Shown here one piece after another: positions 9,970 through 18,909 of a DNA stretch of 64,000 nucleotides. Source of the stretch: Clostridia bacterium (GTDB taxonomy: Bacteria; Bacillota; Clostridia; RUG12999); assembly GCA_017467445.1 (NCBI GenBank), contig JAFTSG010000011.1:24017-88016 (forward strand), in the 5' to 3' direction. The notes under the pieces are model-generated. The model ran no database searches, was not told the origin of the DNA, and saw nothing but the letters and a program-made list of their open reading frames with translations. Positions within the stretch are counted from its first letter, which is position 1. Each line of letters starts with the position of its first letter. Made by a program: the position numbers and the translations under genes.

Positions 9970-10590
9970 ATTTGTATATGGATTTGACTGTTTTTCAGCA
10001 GCAATTGTGGTTGAAAGTCCATGTCCCGGATATACGTGTGTATCGTCCGGCAGGATATACAGTTTTGTTCTTATTGACAAAATAAGCTCATGCAGGTTTC
10101 CGCCCGGAAAATCGCTTCTGCCGATACTTTGTTTGAACAGCGTATCTCCTGAAAAGAGTATATTATTCACAAGCACGCAAATTCCGCCCACGCTGTGGCC
10201 CGGTGTGTGAATTATTTTTGCTTCAATGCTTCCGGCAAAAAGCTTGTCGCCGTCTTCAAGAAGAATATCGGCTTCGCCCTGCACCTCGCCATAGCCTGTA
10301 TATACGGCAAGACTGACGGTTTTATCCGTAAGTCCTGCGGCATCAAGACGGTGAATTGCCACCTTTGCACCTGTATATTTTCGTATATCCGCCACGGCAT
10401 TAAGATGGTCGTAATGCGCGTGTGTAAGAATGATATATTTCACATCAAGCCCTTCGCGGTCTATACATCTTATAATTTTTTCCTTATCATCGCCGGGGTC
10501 AATTATGATTGCGTTTTTATCAACATCGTCCCACAAAATATAGCAGTTTGCGGAAAGCGGACCCACCGACAATCGTTTTAAATTAAGCAT
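9967..10590 (-). CDS. MBL-fold metallo-hydrolase (glyoxalase II-like)
   Basis: 207 aa with the motif ILTHAHYDH and downstream His/Asp ligands. Confidence 0.8.
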   Translation of the reverse strand: MLNLKRLSVGPLSANCYILWDDVDKNAIIIDPGDDKEKIIRCIDREGLDVKYIILTHAHYDHLNAVADIRKYTGAKVAIHRLDAAGLTDKTVSLAVYTGYGEVQGEADILLEDGDKLFAGSIEAKIIHTPGHSVGGICVLVNNILFSGDTLFKQSIGRSDFPGGNLHELILSIRTKLYILPDDTHVYPGHGLSTTIAAEKQSNPYTN

Positions 10591-10696
10591 TTTATCACCT
10601 TTCTTCCGTATTATTATACCTCAAATTTTGCGTTTTGTCCATAAAATATTGCATAAATTGTATTTTTGGTGTAAAATGAATATGAGGTGAACTCAT

Positions 10697-11431
10697 ATGA
10701 AAAAAACTGTTTTTATTACGGGTGCATCAAGGGGAATCGGCAGAGCCGCTGCCCTTTGTTTTGCAAAAAATGATTTTGGCGTTGCAATATGTTATAATAA
10801 AAATTTGGCCGCAGCAAACGAAGTTCTGGCGGAGATTACTGCTTTGGGCGGAAATGCCGCCGTTTTTAAAGCCGACGTTTCCAATATGGCAGAGATTTCC
10901 GCCGCGGTGCAGGGTGCAAAAAAGACATTCGGCACAATAGATGTACTTATAAACAACGCAGGTATTGCGCAGCAAAAGGTGTTTTCCGATATAACGGAAG
11001 AAGACTGGGACAATATGTTTGACATAAACGTCAAGGGAATGTTTAACTGCTGCAAATGCACTCTTGATGATATGATAGATAAAAAATGTGGTAAAATAAT
11101 AAATATTTCTTCCATTTGGGGGATTGCGGGTGCTTCCTGTGAGGTGCATTATTCCGCGGCAAAAGCGGCGGTGATAGGATTTACAAAAGCCCTTGCAAAA
11201 GAGCTTGCCCCATCGGGAATTTGCGTAAACTGCGTTGCCCCCGGAGTTATAAAAACCGATATGTTGGCAAGCTTTGATGAGTGTGCCCTTGCCGCCCTTT
11301 CCGAAGAAACGCCGCTTGGCAGACTCGGCACTCCCGAGGATATTGCAAACGTGCTGCTGTTCCTTGCATCCGATAAAGCGGATTTTATAACCGGTCAGGT
11401 AATAAGCCCCAACGGCGGATTTGTAATATAG
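10697..11431 (+). CDS. SDR-family oxidoreductase (FabG-like 3-oxoacyl-ACP reductase)
   Basis: 244 aa with the cofactor motif TGASRGIG, NNAG and the catalytic YSAAK. Confidence 0.85.
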   Translation: MKKTVFITGASRGIGRAAALCFAKNDFGVAICYNKNLAAANEVLAEITALGGNAAVFKADVSNMAEISAAVQGAKKTFGTIDVLINNAGIAQQKVFSDITEEDWDNMFDINVKGMFNCCKCTLDDMIDKKCGKIINISSIWGIAGASCEVHYSAAKAAVIGFTKALAKELAPSGICVNCVAPGVIKTDMLASFDECALAALSEETPLGRLGTPEDIANVLLFLASDKADFITGQVISPNGGFVI

Positions 11432-11465
11432 AAAACGGCTGAAGCAATCGCTTCAGCCGTTTATT
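11432..11465. terminator. bidirectional terminator (SDR gene / spoIIIAH)
   Basis: An 11-bp stem ACGGCTGAAGC..GCTTCAGCCGT with flanking A and T runs. Confidence 0.75.
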
Positions 11466-11968
11466 TATTCTATTGAGCTAATTTTTATATTATCGGCGGT
11501 GATGCCGGTATTTCCTATAATTACGTCTTTAATTTTAACAATTTCCTCGCTTGTCAGTTCGTTGACGGATTTTACGGACACGCTTACTTTTCCGTCAGAG
11601 ATAAACACAACCGCATCGCTCATTCCTTTTGCTATAAGTGCGCCCTCACATATACCTTCTTTTTCAATTGACGATGCAATTTCATTGATTGCATTACCTG
11701 CGGCAACTTTGCCGTCATCGGGTGTTGCCGGATTATTGATTGCATCCTGCAGCATTTCGCGGCTCTTGTCCCTTGCGCTGTCACGCGCTTCGCGTGCTTT
11801 TTTAAGTATTTCATCTTCCGGCACAGAAACCTCTGTATCCGATGATACCGGTGCGCTTACGGGCGCTTCTTCTACCGGCCCTGTATACACCCAGTTTATA
11901 TATCCTGCCACAAGTACCATAATTGCAATAATACTAAGGACAATACGTTTTCTTTTAAGAATCATCAT
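11465..11968 (-). CDS. spoIIIAH: stage III sporulation protein AH
   Basis: It is the last gene of an 8-gene spoIIIA-ordered operon and has an N-terminal membrane anchor. The call rests on position, size and architecture. Confidence 0.7.
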   Translation of the reverse strand: MMILKRKRIVLSIIAIMVLVAGYINWVYTGPVEEAPVSAPVSSDTEVSVPEDEILKKAREARDSARDKSREMLQDAINNPATPDDGKVAAGNAINEIASSIEKEGICEGALIAKGMSDAVVFISDGKVSVSVKSVNELTSEEIVKIKDVIIGNTGITADNIKISSIE

Positions 11969-11986
11969 TTTTGTTCCTCCATAAAT

Positions 11987-12481
11987 TTATTTCATTTCTA
12001 CAACCTCTACCCGGTGTGACGGTACACCGAGAGATGTTTCCACCGCAGATTTAAGCCTTTGGCGGACCGTTTCGCTACCTGCGCCTTTTGCGCTTACTAT
12101 TACACCTTTTATTTTGGGTGCGCTCATTTTTACCGTAACAGGAGATAGGCCCCCTGTTTTTCCTGCCATTACGGTTTCCTGCTCGTTTTCGCTTGCGCCC
12201 TCGCGCAGGGTTTGTTTTGTATCTTTGGCATATTCGGATGCGCCGTAGTCCTCCAGACTTACAAAAACCGCCACCTTTCCCGCACCTTTTACAGTTGAAA
12301 GGATTTTTTCAAGCCGCGTTTCTATGTCATCCGCCTTGTCCGTTATACTTACTTCTCTTGCCTCTTCTTTTTCCTGACCTGAAAACATACCACCTCCTAT
12401 AACAAGAGCGCATATTCCTATTAAAAAAACTATGATTATATTTGCCGTCCGCTTGTTTTTAAGTAAGCTTTTTATGTCCAT
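11987..12481 (-). CDS. spoIIIAG: stage III sporulation protein AG
   Basis: 164 aa with an N-terminal transmembrane helix. The C-terminal IKGVIVSAKGAGS..V..AV...LGVPSHRVEV is typical of SpoIIIAG. The operon position also fits. Confidence 0.8.
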   Translation of the reverse strand: MDIKSLLKNKRTANIIIVFLIGICALVIGGGMFSGQEKEEAREVSITDKADDIETRLEKILSTVKGAGKVAVFVSLEDYGASEYAKDTKQTLREGASENEQETVMAGKTGGLSPVTVKMSAPKIKGVIVSAKGAGSETVRQRLKSAVETSLGVPSHRVEVVEMK

Positions 12482-12485
12482 ACCA

Positions 12486-12929
12486 TCACTCCATCATTTG
12501 TACTTTAGAAGGAAACACACCAAGTGCCGCCGCAATATCGGCGCGTCTTTCGGGAACATTTTTATGTATTATAATTTTTTCAATTTTTCCCTCTGAAAAT
12601 ATAATCTCCGTTTCCGTTTTCTCGCCGATTATTTTTTCCACCGTCTGCGATACAGAATTTTCATAAAGCTCCCTTGTTTGTTTTTCCGTAAGCTCCGTAA
12701 TTTCACGGGCGTTATCATCATAATTTATATATTCACCGCCGTCTTCAAATATGTCCGTAGACGCGAGATTAAAATTCATAAGCGGTCCTATTATGAGAAT
12801 TGACATAATTACCCCCAGCAACATACGAAGTGTCCTTTTTACCTGAACTTCGGGGACAAGCGCTTCAATTACAGCGCAGACAAAAACAAATCCCGTAAGT
12901 GACCGTATCCATATTTTTATTCCGTCCAT
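12486..12929 (-). CDS. spoIIIAF: stage III sporulation protein AF
   Basis: I place the start at the ATG at 12929, which is preceded by GGAGGGG. The longer ORF overlaps spoIIIAE and lacks an RBS. The protein has two N-terminal transmembrane helices, and the operon position fits. Confidence 0.75.
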   Translation of the reverse strand: MDGIKIWIRSLTGFVFVCAVIEALVPEVQVKRTLRMLLGVIMSILIIGPLMNFNLASTDIFEDGGEYINYDDNAREITELTEKQTRELYENSVSQTVEKIIGEKTETEIIFSEGKIEKIIIHKNVPERRADIAAALGVFPSKVQMME

Positions 12930-12985
12930 TTCCCCTCCGTTACAGTTCCTTCGTCGCCTACGGCTCCTCAGGATGATAAAAATTG

Positions 12986-14092
12986 TTACATAGCCGCTAT
13001 CATACCCGTACATACAATAAACATAAGTCCCGATGCAAGCACGAGCGCAATTATTATTGTAAGCGCAGACGACATTTCATCCACCACACCGCTTATACGC
13101 CTGTCGCACATGGGCGTTATTACAAGCGATGTTATTTTATATATTATGAGCACCGAAACAAGTTTTATTACCGGTGCAAGACATATGTACAAAACCGCAA
13201 TTATTCCAGCACTGCCCGCCGCAGTTTTTACAAGCTTTGTGCATGCAAGCACGCTTTCAAGCGTTTCCGATAAAACGCCGCCCACAATTGGAACAAAATT
13301 TGATGCCGCATATTTGATTGTACGTTTGAGAGCGGCATCTAAGTTTACCGCCGCAAATCCTTTGCCCGCAAGCACAGCGGCAAACACGGTCATTACAATC
13401 CCAAGCGACCACATTACCGCTTTTTTGATTGCCGCCGAAAGCCTGCCAAGACTGAATCGCCCCGAAAGATTATTAACCCCTCCAAGCATTGCCGCAAAAA
13501 CCGCTGCCGGAAGCACAATTCCCGAAAGTACCGACATTGCCGAGGATGCACCTATCACGCCCCAGCTGATTACCCCCGCCTTCGTTGCACCGCCCGATGC
13601 CATAACAAGACCTCCAAGTACCGGCACCGCTGCGCGCACAAATATATTCATGCTGAGCATTGCATCTTCTGCAATTGCAACCGCATTTGTAAAGCTACCG
13701 ATTATCATTATGAATATCACGCTGTAGCTTACATAAAATGCGGTGTTCATAATCCGCTCTTCTTCCGGCGCAAAATTTGAAAGCACCCCAAAGCATAGTG
13801 CAATAAGAATTATTTTTGCCGATGCGGAAATACCCGTTTTAAGTTCCGAAAACAGCATATTTACCACATTTTTCAGTATATCAATAAAATCACTTCCGCC
13901 GCCTGTGGCAATTTCTGCCGCTTCGGTTCCGAAATTAAATTCCGGTGCAATTTCATCGGTTTCGGTTTCTATTCCATATACACCCGAAGTTTCAAGTTGC
14001 TCTGTTATTATGCTTTTTTCGTCATACTCCTCCGCATATGCAACAACAGAAAACACGAGCAAAAAGCATAATACAATCAGGTATTTTTTCAT
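12986..14092 (-). CDS. spoIIIAE: stage III sporulation protein AE
   Basis: 368 aa with a signal peptide and a polytopic membrane domain. The operon position fits. Confidence 0.85.
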   Translation of the reverse strand: MKKYLIVLCFLLVFSVVAYAEEYDEKSIITEQLETSGVYGIETETDEIAPEFNFGTEAAEIATGGGSDFIDILKNVVNMLFSELKTGISASAKIILIALCFGVLSNFAPEEERIMNTAFYVSYSVIFIMIIGSFTNAVAIAEDAMLSMNIFVRAAVPVLGGLVMASGGATKAGVISWGVIGASSAMSVLSGIVLPAAVFAAMLGGVNNLSGRFSLGRLSAAIKKAVMWSLGIVMTVFAAVLAGKGFAAVNLDAALKRTIKYAASNFVPIVGGVLSETLESVLACTKLVKTAAGSAGIIAVLYICLAPVIKLVSVLIIYKITSLVITPMCDRRISGVVDEMSSALTIIIALVLASGLMFIVCTGMIAAM

Positions 14093-14102
14093 TTGTTACT
14101 CC

Positions 14103-14495
14103 TTACTTTATTACCCGCACAATTTCGGAAAAAAGTGCGTTTATTACAGGAAGTGCCACGCCTATTATTGCCGCACGTCCGGCTATTTCCACCACTCTGG
14201 CAATTGCCGTTTGTCCTGCATCTCTGCATATTGCACTGCATACCGTTACGGCAAGCGCAATTCCGCTTGCTTTAAGCACGGTTTTGATATATCCGCCCTC
14301 AATTCCAGCAAGTTCAGAAATACTGTTTACTGCATCAAAAATTTCCGATATTATCCCAAGCGATGAGCCGATAATGATGACCCCTGCCGCTATGGCTATA
14401 ACAACGCCTGTTTCGGGGCGGTCTTTCAACACAAGCACCAGCAAGGATGCCGCAACTCCTATGCAAACTACTGACAGTATATTCATATCACGCAC
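14103..14495 (-). CDS. spoIIIAD: stage III sporulation protein AD
   Basis: A 130-aa small polytopic membrane protein. Its size and order match SpoIIIAD. Confidence 0.8.
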   Translation of the reverse strand: MRDMNILSVVCIGVAASLLVLVLKDRPETGVVIAIAAGVIIIGSSLGIISEIFDAVNSISELAGIEGGYIKTVLKASGIALAVTVCSAICRDAGQTAIARVVEIAGRAAIIGVALPVINALFSEIVRVIK

Positions 14496-14690
14496 CTATA
14501 ATCCAAACAACGTTTTTATGGTGTCAAAGAGGTTTTTTACCTCGCTGAGCACCATAAGCAATACCACAACAAGTCCTGCAATTGTTGTCAGCATTGCCTG
14601 CTCCTCGCGTCCCGAATGTCTTAAAAGCTGGTTGATTGCCGAAACCGTAATTCCTATTGCCGCAATCTGAAATATAAGATTTACGTCCAT
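14496..14690 (-). CDS. spoIIIAC: stage III sporulation protein AC
   Basis: A 64-aa two-helix membrane protein. Its size and order match SpoIIIAC. Confidence 0.8.
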   Translation of the reverse strand: MDVNLIFQIAAIGITVSAINQLLRHSGREEQAMLTTIAGLVVVLLMVLSEVKNLFDTIKTLFGL

Positions 14691-14699
14691 ATTCTCTCC

Positions 14700-15197
14700 T
14701 TAAACAAGCAGAATTGCAACGGTTACACCTGCAAAAAAGCTTATGGAACGGTACATTTTTGCATCTCTTGAGGAAATTTCTTTTGCCTGATTTAATGCAG
14801 ATTTAATGCCGGCATTAGCAAACTCAATATCCTTAACCTGCGTGTCGGTATCACCTTTTCCAAGTCCTTTTGCCAAATTTATCAGTATTTCCACATCGGA
14901 TTTGGAAAGCCATTTCATTTCGCCCATATTCTTTTTCCAGCTTGTTAAGGTATTTTCGCCGCCGCATTTTAAAAGAGATGAAAAAAATGCCCCTACCTCA
15001 CCTTTTTCCAAAGCAAAAATTTCGTATATTTCATAAAGTGGGGTTTTTGTATATCGGACAAGTCCCGACATCCGCCAAAGCACCTGTTGCCACGTCTCAA
15101 GAATATGTACTCTTTTTATAAGATGAGAGGAAAGCTCAAACCCCAGCATAGTGCACGATGCTATAATTGCAACCATCCCCACTATTTTCACCGGCAT
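14700..15197 (-). CDS. spoIIIAB: stage III sporulation protein AB
   Basis: 165 aa with terminal transmembrane helices. It overlaps the spoIIIAA end by 10 nt. Confidence 0.75.
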   Translation of the reverse strand: MPVKIVGMVAIIASCTMLGFELSSHLIKRVHILETWQQVLWRMSGLVRYTKTPLYEIYEIFALEKGEVGAFFSSLLKCGGENTLTSWKKNMGEMKWLSKSDVEILINLAKGLGKGDTDTQVKDIEFANAGIKSALNQAKEISSRDAKMYRSISFFAGVTVAILLV

Positions 15198-16093
15198 TCG
15201 CTCACCTCCTCAATGGTGCCCGCGCCGTTCCGTTGGCTAAGTATAACCACTCGTTCAAATCCGACCGTCCCCATAAGCTCTTTTATAGCCGGACGGGCCA
15301 GAACATCTGCTTTTGAATATCCGTGCGCACTTGCAATGATTTTTACCCCCGCATTAAATGCATTTCTTATTGCCATGCTGTCGGGACCGCTACCAATTTC
15401 GTCGGTTATGATGATGTCAACACCCATTGTGCGAAGTATCATATTTATCCCGTATTCTTTCGGGCAGGCATCCATAACCACCGTGCGAAGTCCAACATCG
15501 TTTTGCGGTGTACCGCGGTATACGGCAGCAATTTCACTGCGTTCATCCGCAATACCAACCTTATATTTGTATCCGAGTATCCTTGCAAGGTCACGAAGAA
15601 CAGTTGTTTTTCCGCATCCGGGCGGAGATACGATAAGTGTGTTACGGACATATTTATCAAACACAGCAGGAAAAATATCTTTGGCACATCCTATTACCTG
15701 ACGCGCAATTCGTATATTAAGTGACGATATGTTTTTTATATATGTAACCTCGCCGTTTTTCATAACCGCACTTCCGCATATGCCAATACGGTGCCCGCCC
15801 TCAATTGTGATATATCCGTTTTTAATTTCATCTTCAAACGAATATACGCTATTATCGCACGCAAGGCGGAAAACCTCGCCAACGCCGGTTTTTGTCATTT
15901 CTATTCCACTGTCTTCGGAAGTGGTTATATCGCCCGACGAAGTAATAAAAAATCCGTCCGCACCCGTGTACAGCATTGCGGGCCGGCCTGCAAGAAGGCG
16001 GATTTCCGTAGCCTCGTATTTTGCGGCTGCCGCCGAAATACTTTTTGGCAGACACCGAAGCACCGGTTCTATGTTCATTTTGATTTTTGTCAT
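15188..16093 (-). CDS. spoIIIAA: stage III sporulation protein AA (secretion-type ATPase)
   Basis: 301 aa with Walker A SPPGCGKTT. It is the first gene of the operon. Confidence 0.85.
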   Translation of the reverse strand: MTKIKMNIEPVLRCLPKSISAAAAKYEATEIRLLAGRPAMLYTGADGFFITSSGDITTSEDSGIEMTKTGVGEVFRLACDNSVYSFEDEIKNGYITIEGGHRIGICGSAVMKNGEVTYIKNISSLNIRIARQVIGCAKDIFPAVFDKYVRNTLIVSPPGCGKTTVLRDLARILGYKYKVGIADERSEIAAVYRGTPQNDVGLRTVVMDACPKEYGINMILRTMGVDIIITDEIGSGPDSMAIRNAFNAGVKIIASAHGYSKADVLARPAIKELMGTVGFERVVILSQRNGAGTIEEVSECR

Positions 16094-16168
16094 ACTGGCC
16101 CCCCTCTTTTGTAATGGTTTGTCTCTAATATTTTATTAACACCTGTCCCAATATATTCCGCTTTCTTA

Positions 16169-16197
16169 TTGATTTTATGAAAATATTGTGATATAAT
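16169..16197 (+). promoter_or_regulatory. near-consensus sigma-A-type promoter (extended -10)
   Basis: TTGATT (16169-16174), a 17-nt spacer, then TGaTATAAT (16189-16197). It points toward the IGPD-like gene and implies a leader of about 215 nt. Confidence 0.65.
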
Positions 16198-16218
16198 GAA
16201 TTCATCTGAGATGAATTC

Positions 16219-16392
16219 AGCTAAATTCGCCTAATGGCGAGCTAAATGTGCTGGTGCACGCTAAATTACTTCGTATCTAAATTGACCTTGCGGTCAGCTA
16301 ATGGCGAATTTAATTTAGCTGTTTCAAAAAACAATTTAGCTATGAAGCAAAGCGGAATAATTTAGCTTTGCACAGCTGTGCAAAATTTAGCT
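16219..16392 (+). repeat. mirror-image array of a 9-mer: AGCTAAATT-type x5 then AATTTAGCT x4
   Basis: Left half-array: 16219, 16240, 16259, 16275 and 16296 (3 near-perfect copies and 2 degenerate ones). Right half-array: 16312, 16333, 16359 and 16384 (4 perfect copies). Small hairpins sit in the spacers. Confidence 0.9.
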
Positions 16393-16418
16393 ATTTAAAG
16401 TTTTTGGGAGGGTTACTT

Positions 16419-17039
16419 ATGATTAAAGTGACAAGAAAAACAACTGAATCTGAAATTGAAGTAATTTTAAGCGGCGGCCCCGTTGCCCCCGATTACAGAA
16501 AGAAAATTGATACTCCCCTGCCGTTCTTAAGCCATATGATTGAACATATCGTATGGAGAAGCGGTATCAATATTGAAACTAAAGTTAAACTTGATAAATT
16601 TGAGCTTTCTCACCTTGTATGTGAGGACCTTGGCATAACTCTTGGTAAAGCTATTTATGAATATAAACAGCAGTGTATAGCTGACGGTGCATACGGTTTT
16701 GGAGATGCAATAGGCATCATCGACGAAGCAAGAGCGTTTTGTGCGCTTTCATTTGAAGACCGTACATATTGGGATATTGATAGCAGCGTGGAAATTCCCG
16801 CTGCCACCGAAGGAATGCTGAGCGAAGATTTGCGCACTTTCCTTGAAGGACTTGCAACAGGTGCGAATATGACACTTCAGATTGATGTTCAGAAAGGTAT
16901 TAACGGTCACCACATATGGGAAGCTATTTATCGCGCACTCGGATTTGCACTCGGCAAAGCACTCTCTCCGGTTGAAAGCCGAAAAGGCATGACAGCAGGT
17001 GTTGCAGGCAAAATTGAATTTGAAATTAAAAAGGATTAA
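16419..17039 (+). CDS. imidazoleglycerol-phosphate dehydratase-like protein (divergent paralog)
   Basis: I place the start at the ATG at 16419, behind GGGAGGG. It is alignable by eye to IGPD: RKTTESEIEV, PFLSHMIEH, NGHHIWEAIYRALGFALGKA. The first DxHHxxED motif reads LSHLVCED. Confidence 0.7.
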   Translation: MIKVTRKTTESEIEVILSGGPVAPDYRKKIDTPLPFLSHMIEHIVWRSGINIETKVKLDKFELSHLVCEDLGITLGKAIYEYKQQCIADGAYGFGDAIGIIDEARAFCALSFEDRTYWDIDSSVEIPAATEGMLSEDLRTFLEGLATGANMTLQIDVQKGINGHHIWEAIYRALGFALGKALSPVESRKGMTAGVAGKIEFEIKKD

Positions 17040-17041
17040 TT

Positions 17042-18070
17042 ATGGGGCTAATTGACAAATACGAAAAAATAATTTTTGATATGGACGGCGTAATTACCAG
17101 CGAAAACGGCTATTGGAATTGCGCCGCTTTGGCCGTTTATGAGCTGCTTTACGATAAGCGCTATTATGGCACACGCGACCTTGATACAAAATGGATGTAT
17201 GAAAACGTTGCGGAAATAAGAAAAAATATTCTTTGCAATGATACCACAATTGCAATGTTCAAAAATTTCGGTGTTAACAGTAACTGGGACCTTGCATACC
17301 TGACACTTTCGGGTGCGGTAGGTCTTGATACGGAAGATTTTAAACTTGTGCAGGAGCATTACAGAAACTTAAATCTTAATGCGCCTGAAATTTATGACCA
17401 CGCGGCAGAGCTTTATTCCCGCCGCTTTGGTGATATGGACTGCACAAGACTTTCGCCGTTCTGGGTGAATTTGCAGACTGTTTTCAACGAATGGTATTAC
17501 GGAGATAAATATTTCAAGAAGTGTTACGGCAAAGCGCCTGCCAAAAAGGGCAAACACAGTTTTATGGCAAATGAAGTGCCTATGCACGGAATCAAAAAAA
17601 CAAAAGCATTTTTGAAAACACTTAAAAAGAAAGGTATTGCCGTATCTGTAGGTACGGGCAGACCTGATTTTGAGTTTTGGCTTCCTATGAAAAAATGCGG
17701 ACTTTTAAAATATTTTGATAAAAACTCTATTGTAACGCACGACCACGTAATGGCGGCGGCAGAAAAAACAGGACTTTTTCTTGCAAAACCTAATCCGTAT
17801 TCGTTTTTGAAAGCGGCATACGGACTTGATTATCCCGACGAAAAAATTGTATCTGGTGATTATGACGAAAAATATCTTCAAAAGGTACTTATCGTGGGCG
17901 ATGCAGGTGCAGATATTCTTGCCGCAAAGGCAATAAACACCGATTTTGCCGCTGTGCTGACAGGTGTTAACGGCAAAGGTTCAAAAAAATATTTTGAAGA
18001 GCTTAATTCGGAATATATATTTGACGACGTACTTGAACTTGTTAAGCCGAGTGCTGAAGAGTGCCCGTAG
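17042..18070 (+). CDS. HAD-superfamily phosphatase with large cap insertion
   Basis: 342 aa. HAD motif I is FDMDGVITSE, motif II is VGTGRP, the motif III lysine lies in AKPNPYSF, and motif IV is VGDAGADILAAKA. It starts 2 nt after the IGPD-like stop. Confidence 0.75.
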   Translation: MGLIDKYEKIIFDMDGVITSENGYWNCAALAVYELLYDKRYYGTRDLDTKWMYENVAEIRKNILCNDTTIAMFKNFGVNSNWDLAYLTLSGAVGLDTEDFKLVQEHYRNLNLNAPEIYDHAAELYSRRFGDMDCTRLSPFWVNLQTVFNEWYYGDKYFKKCYGKAPAKKGKHSFMANEVPMHGIKKTKAFLKTLKKKGIAVSVGTGRPDFEFWLPMKKCGLLKYFDKNSIVTHDHVMAAAEKTGLFLAKPNPYSFLKAAYGLDYPDEKIVSGDYDEKYLQKVLIVGDAGADILAAKAINTDFAAVLTGVNGKGSKKYFEELNSEYIFDDVLELVKPSAEECP

Positions 18071-18087
18071 CGCAAAAAGCAAACAAC

Positions 18088-18120
18088 AAAAAGGAATCCG
18101 CAAAAGCGGATTCCTACTTT
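18088..18120. terminator. bidirectional terminator
   Basis: Hairpin AGGAATCCGC-aaaa-GCGGATTCCT with an A-run upstream and a T-rich tract downstream. Confidence 0.65.
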
Positions 18121-18182
18121 ATTATAATACTAATCATCTTGTTTTATTAAACTTATTTAACAAACTTTTTAATCCAAACCGT

Positions 18183-18887
18183 TTATAAGCGTTTTGTTTT
18201 TCTGTAGCGGTCCTTCAGCATTTCTATATAACGTGCACGTTTTCTATCCATAACAGACATCATTACAAACAAAACACATTGTAAAATTGCCGCAACTATA
18301 TATAAGAATATACTCAGTGCATCAGCCGAATTTGTAGGAAGCACCGCATTAAACATAGAGTTTAAAATCCTACCTGTTATTCCGTAATAAGTGAATATTC
18401 CTACTATAAAGCATGTTATACTTGCAAACGCAAGCAGTTTAAGAATTGCTTCACCGGTTTTTTGTGCCCCGCCATCCATTGTTGTATATTTTGCATATGT
18501 CAGCACCCAAAGCAGTATTGACATAAGCACACCGTCTACGCACACAACAAACATAAGCGGGTCTGTTACCTTAATTATGTAACAATACCATACAAGAACA
18601 AGGGCAAGTATATAAACTATTGAATTTATAATACCTATTGCCGCAAGCTTTGTGTCGTGAAGTTTTGCATCAAGATACTGCAGAAAATATATTACTGCAA
18701 AAACTGTTCCTATTGTGTGTGTGCTGCTTATAAAGAAGTTTCTTGTTGAAACCGAGCTGATAAGAAACCCCGGCACATACTGCGGTCTTGTTCCTACCAA
18801 AAATATAAATAGCATATAAAGAAGTACTAACACAACATCGATAAATCCAAACCAGTTAATAATGTTACTTTTGAGTTTACCATTCAT
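18183..18887 (-). CDS. hypothetical polytopic membrane protein
   Basis: 234 aa with about 6-7 hydrophobic helices and a basic C-terminal tail. I recognise no motif. Confidence 0.55.
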   Translation of the reverse strand: MNGKLKSNIINWFGFIDVVLVLLYMLFIFLVGTRPQYVPGFLISSVSTRNFFISSTHTIGTVFAVIYFLQYLDAKLHDTKLAAIGIINSIVYILALVLVWYCYIIKVTDPLMFVVCVDGVLMSILLWVLTYAKYTTMDGGAQKTGEAILKLLAFASITCFIVGIFTYYGITGRILNSMFNAVLPTNSADALSIFLYIVAAILQCVLFVMMSVMDRKRARYIEMLKDRYRKTKRL

Positions 18888-18909
18888 TCATATTCCTCCT
18901 GCTTTATGA

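Noticed and set aside
13110-14670. Several plus-strand ORFs of 205-241 aa.
   Set aside because: They are antisense shadows of spoIIIAE, spoIIIAD and spoIIIAC, with the Ala/Ser/Thr/Pro-rich composition typical of a reverse frame of membrane-protein genes.
16094-16168. A search for a sigma-E or sigma-G type promoter for spoIIIAA.
   Set aside because: GAATATATT-like strings are present, but I could not place a convincing -35/-10 pair at correct spacing from memory of the consensus. It is not reported as a feature.
16246-16359. A 37-aa ORF (MCWCTLNYFVSKL...) inside the repeat leader, considered as a leader peptide.
   Set aside because: It has no RBS. The repeats fall in different frames, and there is no run of regulatory codons such as His.
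16219-16392. The 9-mer array considered as a CRISPR array.
   Set aside because: The repeat unit is only 9 nt and the two halves are in opposite orientation. The spacers are 7-17 nt, and no cas genes are present.
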